Below the pieces are notes generated by a model that saw nothing but the letters and a program-made list of their open reading frames with translations, made no database searches and was not told the origin of the DNA. Shown piece after piece: positions 1 through 11,537 of a stretch of 64,000 nucleotides of DNA (its first letter is position 1; the number at the start of each line of letters is the position of its first letter). Position numbers and translations under genes: made by a program. Source of the DNA: Takakia lepidozioides. Lineage: Eukaryota; Plantae; Bryophyta. Where the stretch lies: assembly GCA_030704615.1 (NCBI GenBank), contig CM060734.1, positions 51,212,001-51,276,000 on the forward strand. Direction: 5' to 3'.

Positions 1-1426
1 GGCCGGATGGTCCACCTCCTGCTCCTGAGGGAGGAGATATGGGGGCATGGGATTCATGTGTGGAGCAGCACTACCACTAGTGCAGGTGAAGTCTGCTGCA
101 GCCGTGACTCGAGGAGCAGCACGAGTTCCTGAGCCACGAGGTGCAGAGGTGGAGTTGGATCCACAGCGTGGGGAGGCAAGCCGTCAGGCTAGGCTTCCTC
201 AGTCATTCACATTGGCGGAGACAGTGGTGACGCCATCCATGGCACCTAGTTCTCGCCCGACGGTTACCGAGGCGGAGGTTACTATGCCATTGGGGAGAGC
301 TACACGGGTAGCACCACTACCTAGTGTTGCCAAGGCTGCGGCAGCTAGTGTGCTGCTAGGAGCGGCCACATCTGTGTGCCAGGCTCCATTGTTCTCGGCT
401 ACCATGATTGCGACGTCGGGGGTAAAACCAGCTGAGGTGTTCAGGCTGGCAGCTACACTCTGTGAGAGTGGGGAGGTTACTTCATCTTCTGCGGAGATAG
501 TGGGAGGTGTAGTGCCGGAGGGATCCTCGGATTTGAGGGTCAAGACTGCCACGGCGGCACCATGGCAAGCTGCAGCTGCCAGGTTGATGGAGCTGCCAGC
601 TAGGCCAGCCATTGAGCGCGCCATGGTGACACCTAGAGTTGTCATGTTAGACAACCAGGATGGCATTTTCTGTTTGAGTGGACCGGCAGGCAAGAGGCAC
701 CGGCCACTGCGGGTCTTGTTGGACTCGGGAGCTCAGCCATTGATGCTGGGCAGAGCTGCTATTGCAGGCTTGGGCCTCAAGGAGGCGGATATGGAGCCTT
801 GTCCTTTCCAAATACAGACATCTCTGGGACGATCGGAGCAGGCTCGGGGCATGACACGACGTGAGTTGCCTATCAGACTACGGCCGGATCACCCTACAGA
901 TGGCTCAGTGATGCGAGCCAAGGCCATTATGACAGACGCAGTCTCATACGATGTCATGGTTGGTGGGGCAGTGTTGTACCCCATGGGCTTCACCCTAGAT
1001 TTTTGGGAGGAGTCAGCTTCCTATAGGCCTGCATGGCAGTCAGGGGAGGGCCGGCGTATGCAGCTCCCTGTGTCGTTCATAGGAGGAGTTGCGGTTGCCC
1101 AGCGAGGCAAGATGCCGACACTAGCAGCATTCACAGCGGCAGTAAGTTGGCCTAGAGAGTTGCTTGAGGGCAATGCTCATTCAGAGGATGTACCACCTCC
1201 GGGAGAGCAGGATGACATGTATGGTATGGCGGAGTTGCCTACCATGGTTGCTCAGACTCCATTGTGGGGCACGAGCAAGGATTTGGAGCGGGATGCTGAT
1301 CGACGGGTGCAACAAGCCTGGGTGGAGGCTTTTGTACCGTCAAGAGAGGACGAGAGTGTGGGGATTGCACCAAGACCACCTCAATTGTCTCCATTGGACA
1401 CCATACCTATTGTGTGGCAGTATCCG

Positions 1427-2345
1427 GATGAAGGCATTTGTCTTCTGGACTTGTTTGGCGGGATCAGCACCGGATTGGCTGCTGTGTTACAAACAGGTGT
1501 ACGAGTTTGGCGTTACCTGTATGTGGAGAGGGATGAGACTGCACGACGCGTTTCACTTCGCCATGTTGCTCAGTTGGTGCAGCGGTACCCTGAGTTGTTG
1601 TCGGTGTCTGCAATTCGTGGATATCAGCAGGCCTTGCCAGCAGACATTTTGTTGCTGGGGGCGCAGGATTTGGAGCGGGTTGGCTCCATTGATCTGGTAG
1701 TGGCAGGTTGGCCCTGCCAAGGGCATTCATCAGTCGGGCATGGCAATGGATTGCGAGACTCGAGGTCGGGTCTGTTTTGGGAGATGGTGCGGGTTTTGCG
1801 CCACTTACAGCTTCATCAAGCTGTATCTCCAGCATACATCTTGGAGAATGTGCCACTGATGGGCGATTCTCGGGCCAGGGTGATGGCCAGTGTGCATCAA
1901 GTCCGGTCGTGGCTTGGGTCAGCAGTGTTGCTAGATGCAGCTACAGTGGGGTCACGGGCTCATTGTCCACGGCTATGGTGGACTAACTTGATGCCACCCG
2001 CACTGCTCAAGCGTGCATTTGATGGGGTACAGCGGCCAGCACATCTCACAGTGGATAACATTCTGGACACATGGAGGCAGTCTCAGCGTATGAGACACGA
2101 TGACCGTTCGCCTTTGGCAGTGGTCAACAAAGTGGGTCAACCACGAGCAGCATTACCTACACTGCTCAGCTTCCCAGGATCCCATGCTTTCCGGGATAGT
2201 GGACCTGGCCTCCTGTGGGATGCTCAGTTGCAGCAGTTAGTGGAGCCTAATGCTGACAAGCGTGAGCGGGCAATGGGTTTTACCACTGGTACCACGGCGG
2301 TGTCGTCTCTTTCTGAGGCATTACGTCGTCAAGTGTTGGGGCAAT
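1427..2345 (+). other. C5 cytosine DNA methyltransferase domain (DNMT3-like) inside pol, copy 1
   Basis: Motif I LLDLFGGISTG; motif IV DLVVAGWPCQ (PCQ 1712-1720); motif VI YILENV (1844-1852); motif VIII AH(C/R)PRLWWTNL; motif IX/X ERAMGF...RRQVLGQ. Confidence 0.92.
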
Positions 2346-5300
2346 TGCTTGACCTAGATTATCAGCTTGGCTCTGGCTGAGCAATGCAGAGTGCGGAGTA
2401 CACTTCCCTCAATGGTCTCTCTGCCTACCGAGACGGTACAGGCAGTGAGTGGGGGCGAGCATGTGAGGACCACGGGGTGCATGCATCCATGGCACATGTG
2501 GGAGGTGCTCGAGGTTCAGAGGGAGTTGGCAGCCAAGGCGGCTGTGATGGATGAGGTTGGGGATTCTTCTCGGGTTGAGGAGGTCCTCAAGGATGAGATG
2601 ATGGGGCAGGATGAGGCTTTGTCATTGACTGAGCAGGCAGGGATTACTGCTCAAGAGGTTGCAACATAGCAACCACTGGACGCGTCCTCTACCTCTAAGC
2701 CCACTGGACTTAAGGTTGCAGTTACGGAGGACAATTGGGAGCCTGCCATTGGACCCATTGTCACCGGAGGAGAGAGACGACGTATACGGCGGTTCCTGAG
2801 GGCTTACAGGAATTGCTTTGCCTTCAGTTTGAAGGACTTGGGAGCACTGAAGGGTCAAGAGATCCGTATTGAGTTGGCCACTGACACGCCAATCTTTCGG
2901 AGACCCTATAGATACAATGACATGGAGAGGTCTTTGATTCAGATGAGGACTCAAGATCTCTGGGAGGCAGGTTTGGTGGAGCTCTCTGGTGGAGAGTATG
3001 CTTCAGCCACAGTGATGCCAACCAAGAAGGATGTCTATGGCAATTGGACGGAGAGACGTATGTGCGGTGATTACCGGCCTGTAAATCGTCAGACCAAGTC
3101 CGATAAGTATGTCATGCCAACACCAGAGGAGATCTTTGATGCCATCGGGCATGCTAAGGCCTTTAGCACTTTGGATTTACGATCCGAATATCACCAGTTG
3201 CCAATCAAGGAGGCGGACAAGCAGAAGACGACATTCTGGGGGATCAATGAGCACGGCAAGGATTGCCTATATCAGTGGCGGTTCTTACCATTTGGGCTTA
3301 AGAATGCTCCTGCAGAGTTTCAGAGAGTCATGGATAGGATTCTAGCAGGGGTGGACTTTGCTCGGTGCTACATAGATGACATCATCATCTTTAGTGTTAC
3401 GATGGAGGAGCATGAGAGACACCTTCAGGTGGTATTGGAGCGCTTGAGAGCGCACGGATTGAAGTTGCATCCAGGGAAGTGCAAGTTTTTCCACAACCAG
3501 ATTGAGTATCTGGGTCACATGATATATCCTGGAGGATTGGGGGTACAACAGACTAAGGTAGAGGCCATTGCACAAATTCCACGCCCCACGGATGTGAGCC
3601 GAGTTCGAGCTTTCATGGGGTTGACAAACTATTATAGACGGTTTGTCAAGGGATTTAGTACCATTACAAAGGCTCTAACCAAGCTGACCAAGGTGGACTA
3701 GGAGTGGCAGTGGGAAGATGAGCAGGAACGAGCTTTTCAAGAGCTCAAGGCGAGGTTGACCTCGGCGCCTATATTGAGACGACCTATCAGGGGGCGTCCC
3801 TTTCAGCTGCATACGGATTGGAGCATGCTGGGGCTTGGAGCGGTGCTCACACATGTGGATGATGAGGGAAGAGAGTTTGTAGTGGCTTACGCTAGCCGCT
3901 CGAACAACGCTGTAGAGGCTAAGTACAACTCATATGAGGGACAGTGTTTAGCTGCAGTGTGGGCCGTGGCACACTTCGGGTGCTATCTATACGGCAATCT
4001 TTTCACCCTTGTCACGGATCACCAGCCACTCAAGTGATTGATGGAGTCAGACAAGCTTACGGGGAAGCTTGCACGGTGGGCACTTATACTCCAGGAGTAT
4101 GACTTTCAGGTTGTGCATCGACCAGGTTTGGTCAATCGGGATGCGGATGGACATACCACGCCACCAATACTGCCCCTGCAGTAAACTGTGAGTGCGTCGC
4201 ACTCCAAAATGCCCCAACTCCTCATGGGCATGCCGCACTAACCGTGCATGCTGTGTGGGGTGAGGCACAATCCTCACCCGACCATCCTCCCACACTCGAA
4301 GTAGGTGTATCCCCTCCCACTTGAACCTCTTGGCTCGTTGCAGGATCCGATCCCTCTCCCTGGCAGTCACAATGGCTGCCGTGTCTCCCGTGCAGAGGTA
4401 GTCCAACACAGCCGAATCCTCATGTATATCTCTGGCACCACCTAGCTCATCACTAGCCTCAGGGTCCTCAGATACTCCGTCTACAGTCATCCCTATTGTA
4501 GGTCCAATCTGACCTCCCGATGCCAAGATACACAAAAATGCAGATGCGTGCCATCCCGGCACCATCTCCTCGTCCGTCTCACCATGCCACCGAGCTCCAG
4601 TGTCATCCTGCTGGCTCATGCATGGATTGCGACTCAAGCATACAGAGGTGCAACAGTTCGTGGCTAGGTGCATGGTGTGTGACAGGGTGCGTGCTTCATT
4701 CAACGCCCCTACACCACAGTTGCATCCTTTACCAATCATGGGATTGGGCTACAGGTGGAGTCTTGACTTCGCAGGACCGTCGCCACTGACTATGCGCCAC
4801 CACAGATATGTGTTGGTGATGGTGGAGCACTTCTCCAAGTGGATTGAGTTGGTTCCATTGCCTGACAATGCTAGTGAGGGGGCTGCGTATGCATTCTTGG
4901 ATCGTGTGCTTAGCCGATTTGGTGCTCCAGCTGAGGTACTCACTGACCAAGGGAGAGAGTTCTTGGGGGAGTTTTAGGCTTTGTGTGATAAAGCCTTGAT
5001 AGACCACCGCACCACTTCTCGGGATCATCCTGAGGCCGATGGCTTAGCAGAGAGAGTTGTTCAAACGGTGAAGAGGGGTTTACGCAAGTATGGCTTGCAG
5101 AAGGGACACCTAGGAGATTGGGATCTTCAGGTTCCTTGGTTAGCCATGGGCTACAGGTTCAGCAAACAAGCATCACTTGCCTCCTTCTCACCATATTTCC
5201 TTCTCTTTGGCCGAGAGCCGGATTTGCCTGCAGCCATTCGTAGGGACACTGCTCAAGTCCTTAATCTTGACGATCCGGACGTGTGGGTACGTGCATGTGA

Positions 5301-5661
5301 TCAGCGTGCAGAGTTGTTCAAGAAAGTCATGCCCATGGCTTTTGAGAACCTTGCCATTGCACAACACCGTGATACGTTCAGGTATGCCACTATACGTGGT
5401 GGAGGATATCGTCCTGGGGTTCGGAGGTTTAGCCCTGGTGACTATGTTTATTTGCAGCAGACTGCTCCTACGACTCTGGATGTTACTGCAGGGCGTGTAA
5501 TTCTGAGGGTTCGAGAGGTGTTGCCCTCAGGGGTCCTGATCTTAGAGGGTCGGGATGACATGACTTGGAAGGACCATGTGCGTAATTGTGCGTTATGTCG
5601 CCTTCCCAATGTCGATGGCATAGTTGACCCAAACTTGGCAGTGGTACTTGCAGGTTTGAGG

Positions 5662-5796
5662 TGCATGCTCTGTGGGTCTGCCAAATGGGCAGCCACCATG
5701 CTGGTGTGTGATCGATGCTCAAGGGGTTGGCATATGGGATGCTTGACACCACCTCTTGAGAAGGTTCCTGACGGAGATTGGTTGTGTCCACACTGC
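5662..5796 (+). other. PHD finger at integrase C-terminus, copy 1
   Basis: CMLC...MLVCDRCSRGWHMGCLTPPL..VPDGDWLCPHC, a C4-H-C3 pattern. Confidence 0.92.
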
Positions 5797-6061
5797 TTGG
5801 GATAGTGGCAGTGGACATGACTGGAGGCAGCTAACAAGACATGGGAGGCCAAGCTCATAAGAGTCAATACATGAGATCCCAAGCTCAAGTTCACAGGTTG
5901 CAAGACGGCGACTAACGATGGGGCAACTCTTGCACCCGGCCTCTTGATCTATCGAGTTTGAGTGTAGTAGGGATAGTGGTGGAGGACTTAGTGAGGCTAT
6001 ACTCACTATCACATCTTGTGGCTACCTGGACTTAGAGGGACCTAAGCACCAGCTAGAGGGG

Positions 6062-6241
6062 CGATTGTGTGGACTAGTGACTGTCATAGTGGGCAGCATA
6101 GTGGCAGCCTAGTGACTGACTAGTTGTAGCCTAGTGGCTGGACTAGTGGTGGATTAGTGGTATACTAATGTGTGGTGTACACATGTGTTGTGTGGTTTTG
6201 GACAGCGATGTAGTTGTGTAGCGATATGTATGCGCACGACA
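6062..6241 (+). repeat. terminal repeat B1 of copy 1
   Basis: CGATTGTGTGGACTAG...GCGCACGACA. Repeated at 6559-6738 and 63677-63857. Preceded by short purine tract AGAGGGG (6055-6061). Confidence 0.9.
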
Positions 6242-6243
6242 AC

Positions 6244-6559
6244 TGTCAAGTTATTTTACCACTAGTGTGAAACTAGCTAGGAAATAGCTAGCTTTTACAT
6301 ATTGACATTTGGGATTGGCCCAAGTGTCTATCCAGGGGTCAAGGCAGATTTAGGCCCTGGAGTGGTTATCTTCACGGCAAGCGCAGAAGGCTCATCTTTC
6401 TCGAGTTGAGCCTCACCGCGCCTAGCTATGGCGCCGTAGTGTGGATTCCCCATGGCGTGGGGTGCACTTGGCTTGACTTGTATTTGAGTGATGAGATTAT
6501 ATATGCATGAGTTTATGCTTCAGATTTGTGAGTTCGTGCTTGTATTCTTCTTCTTTATC
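6244..6559 (+). repeat. terminal repeat A2 of copy 1
   Basis: TGTCAAGTTATTTTACC...TTCTTTATC. Same sequence as 53237-53562 and 63860 onward. Confidence 0.9.
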
Positions 6560-6738
6560 GATTGTGTGGACTAGTGACTGCCATAGTGGGCAGCATAGTG
6601 GCAGCCTAGTGACTGACTAGTTGTAGCCTAGTGGTTGGACTAGTGGTGGATTAGTGGTATACTAGTGTGTGGTGTGCACATGTGTTGTATGGTTTTGGAC
6701 AGCGATGTAGTTGTGTAGCGATATGTATGCGCACGACA
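6559..6738 (+). repeat. terminal repeat B2 (right end of copy 1)
   Basis: Near-identical to 6062-6241. Ends GACA and is followed by unrelated AT-rich flank. Confidence 0.88.
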
Positions 6739-7019
6739 AAACAATGAGATGCATTATAAATTACATATAAATGGTATTATATTTGAATACATATAAACGT
6801 AATAAATTCAGTAAACATACAACACAAATAACCACTGCCCATGTTCTTTGAAAAAATAAATAAATAAATAAATCCAAAATAAAAATAAAAATAAAAATAA
6901 AAATAATCAGAAAATAAATCCATCCATCCAGGCGACACGTGGCTCGTTGTGGCATGCGTGCGAGATGGGCGTCGTCCCTACACCTATCATCACATGAAAT
7001 TGACACGTAGCAATACGGG

Positions 7020-7248
7020 GAGAGTCGTTGCTAGAAAACAGTCACGGACGTGACCAAAAACAGGGTCATGTATCTTGCTCACTAGGGCATGTCACCCAGA
7101 GTCATATTCCCGACGCGGATATTAGAGTCATCGTAACGACACGGTCTGCATGACTCTTTGCAAAAGAGTAAAAAATGAGTCAAAATGATTAAAAGAGTCA
7201 TGAAAACAGTAAAAAAAAGTGTCATGAAACCCGTTTTCTGTACTATTG
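7020..7248. mobile_element. possible decayed DNA-transposon (CACTA-like) terminus
   Basis: Clustered GAGTCAT/ATGACTC subterminal-type motifs in both orientations, ending in ...CCCGTTTTCTGTACTATTG. No clean TAGTG end. Confidence 0.25.
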
Positions 7249-7479
7249 ATTACAACATTCTAAATGGCAGAAGGTTCTTCGCTAATATCTAGAGGGTTGA
7301 TAAGTTAAAATGTAGCAAGGTTGCAAGATGTAGAGTTAATATTGATGCCCAACTTAAATTCAGTTGTGAGATAATAGGGACTAGAGCAGTTTTAATATGT
7401 GGCACACTGAAGGTTCTATAACCCTCCAGGAAAGGTTGTCATGTATCAAACATTCTGCTTGAGTACGCTGGAAAGTGTA

Positions 7480-7660
7480 TCTTATTATTCAATGTGAATT
7501 CCCGACGCTGCTACAGGATAATGGATTGAAGACACGGTTACCCTGAAAGGGCCAACTGGCCGTGTTTGCAAGCTTTGTTTGGGATACAATAGAGGATTGG
7601 GCTTCAGGATAGGTTTTGGGGAATGTTTGGCCTACCATAGATTTGAGATCACATTCTTTT
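7480..7660 (+). pseudogene. B3-domain gene fragment
   Basis: Translates to ...WIEDTVTLKGPTGRVCKLCL..., resembling the B3 'V.L.GP.G..W.V' segment. Interrupted by stops. Confidence 0.4.
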
Positions 7661-7939
7661 CACAAATCTCACATTTTGCTGTCAAAGTATACTGCAAGCC
7701 TGGCTATTATAGAAAACTATCCCTCTAGTGACTGATATCACAAGTACCACAGTGGGAGGGTCTATGTAGGTGTTGGGCAGCATGGAGGCCGTCATACCTC
7801 CCCCACACACCAATGATCTGTCTGGAAAATCGAGCGAGTAAGAAAAACATTGCTCCGTGTGTAGATGCACCTCCCTCAACTTACTCACCATCACTTTGCC
7901 CTTTGAAGAGCCACATACAACGATGTGCCATCAAGGAAT

Positions 7940-8335
7940 AAATCACTTGATCCATGATTGGACTTTTTCCTCGACAAATTGGTGGCACTATCCTCCAAGA
8001 ACTGCTTTTGGACATTGCTGGTGCATCATTCCTTGCTTGTCTCAGGTGATTGTTGAGCTGCATGATTCCTCTGTTCGTCAGGTTCAGGCAACTGGGCGTT
8101 TTCTTGACCGATAGCCTGCACGTCACTAACACTCTTGAGGGATTCATACTTGAATTGTTGCTCACCATCCTTCAGGAGTGCAAGGAATTTGGGAAGTTTC
8201 CGTATCTAGAAGTCCTGTCGCAAATCAGCTACACTATTCACGTCGTCTGGCACTCTTTTGCTGACATATGCTTTGTGAAAAAATCGGGCTAGCAATGTCA
8301 GGTTTGTGGATTCCATGAGTTCGAACACACAGATG
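7940..8335 (-). pseudogene. partial copy of the B3-like repeat unit
   Basis: Shares ...CVFELMESTNLTLLA..F and GCAAGGAATTTGGGAAG blocks with the array at 9185-11531. Confidence 0.65.
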
Positions 8336-9184
8336 CACTGTAACACATAAAATGCAGCTGGGCCGCACACCAAAACTCTCAAATACTCAAATGCAGAGTG
8401 ATCGGCTACCCAAGCCCAAGATTTTGAACACTGAAGTACTGGAGTATGAATGACTAATGCTACGTAATCGTAGTGAATTCCGAACATATTTATGTGCGTT
8501 CATGACAACCTGGTTTGGGGATGAGACACCAACAAACTTGCAAAGCCTCTATAAAAGCGATGTGATGCGAGCTGAGCTTTTACGTTTGGCCGGGCAGTAT
8601 TTTCTGCAGTGTTTGTTAGCATCTCATTATATGTATTCTCGATCTGCACACGAAAACAATGAACAAAATAACCTCTAGAAGTTCATGGTGTCTGACTGTG
8701 TCTGTTAAATGGGAGATACATGCGCACAGTATACATATGAAATACAAGCAAAGCAAAGGCAAACGTGGCAAGAAGGAGGGTGGTGGGCTAGCAGGGCCTG
8801 ACAATGTTTCGCAATCCAATCCAGCTGCGAGACTGGTACTCATTTGTCCCATTCAATAAGAGCCGGGACATTCAACAGTTCAAAATTTTGAGCTTGGAAC
8901 TTTGACTATACCATATTTGTCTGGATGTGTATTATGGGGGTGTGCTATAGAAATGGTGAATCATATCAACTAGGACTTTTCGTAAGATATATATACTTGA
9001 ACATAGTACATATATTAAAGAGAGATAGTATTGACAAAGAATTCCAAGGGGATATGTTTTCGCAAATCCGTAGGGAATCAATGTAATTTAAACAATTGAT
9101 ACATGTTATACATATGAATACATACTCAATGATCTGTCTAGGGGTTTAACAAAACTGTCAATTGATTCAGCAGCAGTGGTCAAC

Positions 9185-11531
9185 CAGAGTGTCACCTTCT
9201 GTGAATTTGTGTGTTCTATAGAGTTCTGATTGCATCCTTTTGTTAATCCTATGTGGGTCTTATTCTCCCGGAGCCATACCATTGGCCATCGACGCCCAGC
9301 TGGATCTATCAATTGCATTGGTGTAGTCTTTGGTGGCATAATGTTTTTTTTCAAATTTGATTTAAGACCTCTGATCCATGATTGATTTTTATCTTGACAG
9401 ATTGGTGGCACTATCCTCCAAAAACTGCTTTAGGACATTGCTGGTGCATCCTTCCTTGCTTGCCTCAGTTGGCTGTTGCGCTGCAAGATTCCTGTCTGGA
9501 TTCCTGCATGATTGCAAGGAATTTGGGAAGTTCCCGTATCTAGAAGTCTTCTCGCAAATCTTCCACACTATTCACGTTGTCTGGCACTCAAGTTTGCTGA
9601 CATCTGCTCTGTGAAAAATATGGGCTAGCAGTGTCAGGTTTGTGGATTCTATGAGTTCGAACACACAGATGTCACCTTCTGTGAATTTGTGTGTTCTGCA
9701 GAATTCTGATCCCATCCTTTTGTTAATCCCATGTGGGTCTCATTCTCCCGGAGCCATACCATTGGTCATCGACGCCCAGCTGGATATCAATTGCATTGAT
9801 GTAGTCTTTGGTGGCATTTTTTGTTTTTATCCAAATTTGATTTTACTAGACCTCTGATCCATCATTGGACTTTTTCCTCGACGGATTGATGGCACTATCC
9901 TCCAAGAACTGCTTTTGGACATTGTTGGTGCATCATTCTTTGCTTGTCTCGGGTGGTTGTTGCACTACAGGATTCATCTGTCGTTAAGTTCAGGCAACAT
10001 GGCGCTCTCTTGACGAATAGCTTCACTAACACTCGTGTAGACTTGAATTGTTGCTCACCATCCTTCAGGAGTGCAAGGAATTTGGGAAGTTCCCGTATCG
10101 AGAAGTTTTCTCTCAAATTTTCCACACTATTCACGTCGTCTGGCACTCTTTTGCTGATATTTGCTCTGTGAAAAATATGGGCTAGCAGTGTCAAGTTTGT
10201 GGTTTCCATGAGTTTGAACACACAAATATCATATTCTGTAAATTTGTGTGTTCTGCAGAGTTCTAACCCCATCCTTTTGTTAATTTCCCATGTGGGTCTC
10301 ATTCTCTCGGATCCATACCATTGGCCTATATCGACGCCCAACTGGATCTATTAATTGCATTGGTGTAGTCTTTGGTGGCATAATATTTTTTTCCAAATTT
10401 GATTTAAGACCTCTGATCCATGATTGGATTTTTTCCTCGACAGATTGGTGGCACTATCCTCCAAGAACTGCTTTTGGACATTGTTGGTGCATCCTTCCTT
10501 GCTTGCCCCAGGTGGTTGTTGCGCTGTACGATTCCTCTACTGTTCATCAGGTTCAGCAACTTGGCGCTCTCTTGACCAATAGCCTGCACTTCACTAACAC
10601 TCTTGAGGGATTCAGACTTGAATTGTTGCTCACCATCCTTTCAGGACCTTTCAGGAGTGCAAGGAATTTGGGAAGTTTCCGTATCTAGAAGTCCTCTCGC
10701 AAATCAGCCACACTATTCACGTCGTCTGACACTCTTTTGTTGACATAAGCCTTGTGAAAAATTTGGGCTAGCAATGTCAGGTTTGTGGATTCCATAAGTT
10801 CGAACACACAAATGTCACCTTCAGTGAATTTATGTGTTCTGTAGAGTTATGATCCTGACATCCTTTTGTATCCCATGTGGGTCTCATTCTCCCGGAGCCA
10901 TACCATTGGCCACCGACGCCCAGCTGGATCTATCAATTGCATGGTGTAGTCTTCAGCGACATAATGTTTTTTTTCCAAATTTGATTAAGACCTCTGATCC
11001 ATGATTGGGCTTTTTTTTGGACAGATTGGTGGCACTATTATCCAAGAACTGCTTTTGGACATTGCTGGTGCATCCTTGCTTGTTTGCCTCAGGTGGTTGT
11101 TGCGCTGCAGGATTTCTTTGTTCGTCAAGTTCAGGCAACTTGGTGCTCTCTTGACAATAGCCTGCACTTCAATAACACTCTTCAGGGATCCAGACTTGAA
11201 TTGTTGCTCAACATCCTTCAGGAGTGCAAGGAATTTGGGAAGTTCCCGTATCTAGAAGTCCTGACACTATTCACGTCGTCTAACACTCTTTTACTGACAT
11301 ATGCTCTGTGAAAAATTGGGCTAGCAATGTCAGGTTTGTGGTTTCCATGAGTTGGAACACACACTAGATGTCACCTTCTGTAAATTTACGTGTTCTGTAG
11401 AGTTCTGACCCCATCCTTTTGTTAATCCCATGTGGGTCTCATTCTCCCGGAGCCATACCATTGGCCATCGACGCCCAGCTGGATCTATGTGTAGTCTTCA
11501 GTGGCATAATTGTTTTTCCAAATTTGATTAA
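9185..11531 (-). repeat. tandem array (~4.5 units, ~480-590 bp) of decayed B3 (REM-like) DNA-binding-domain sequence
   Basis: Marker GAGCCATACCATTGG recurs near 9271, 9750, 10309, 10895 and 11449. Minus-strand frames give LIDPAGRRWPMVW..GLTKG and CRTHKFTE.DICVF.L..TNLTLLAHIF, typical of B3. Frameshifted. Confidence 0.7.
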
Positions 11532-11537
11532 AAACCT

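Larger units (their letters stand above)
47..5805 (+). pseudogene. pol: pol polyprotein (PR-DNMT-RT-RH-INT-PHD), disrupted
   Basis: ORFs 47-2380, 2367-2669, 2829-3701, 3756-4037, 4600-4977 and 4981-5805. Disrupted by a 14-bp deletion near 2345 relative to copy 2, in-frame stops, and an internal inversion at 4152-4637. Confidence 0.92.
1..6738 (+). mobile_element. Ty3/Gypsy-type retrotransposon carrying a DNMT3-like methyltransferase, copy 1 (5' end outside window)
   Basis: Domain order PR(LLDSGAQ)-MTase-RT(YIDD)-RNaseH(TDWS..LGAVL..TDHQPL)-INT(WSLDF/TDQG/LAER)-PHD. Colinear with the copy at 53237-64000. Ends in B-A-B repeats terminating ...GCACGACA at 6738. Confidence 0.93.

Noticed and set aside
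4047-4739. Antisense 230-aa gene
   Set aside because: It is inverted pol sequence (4152-4637).
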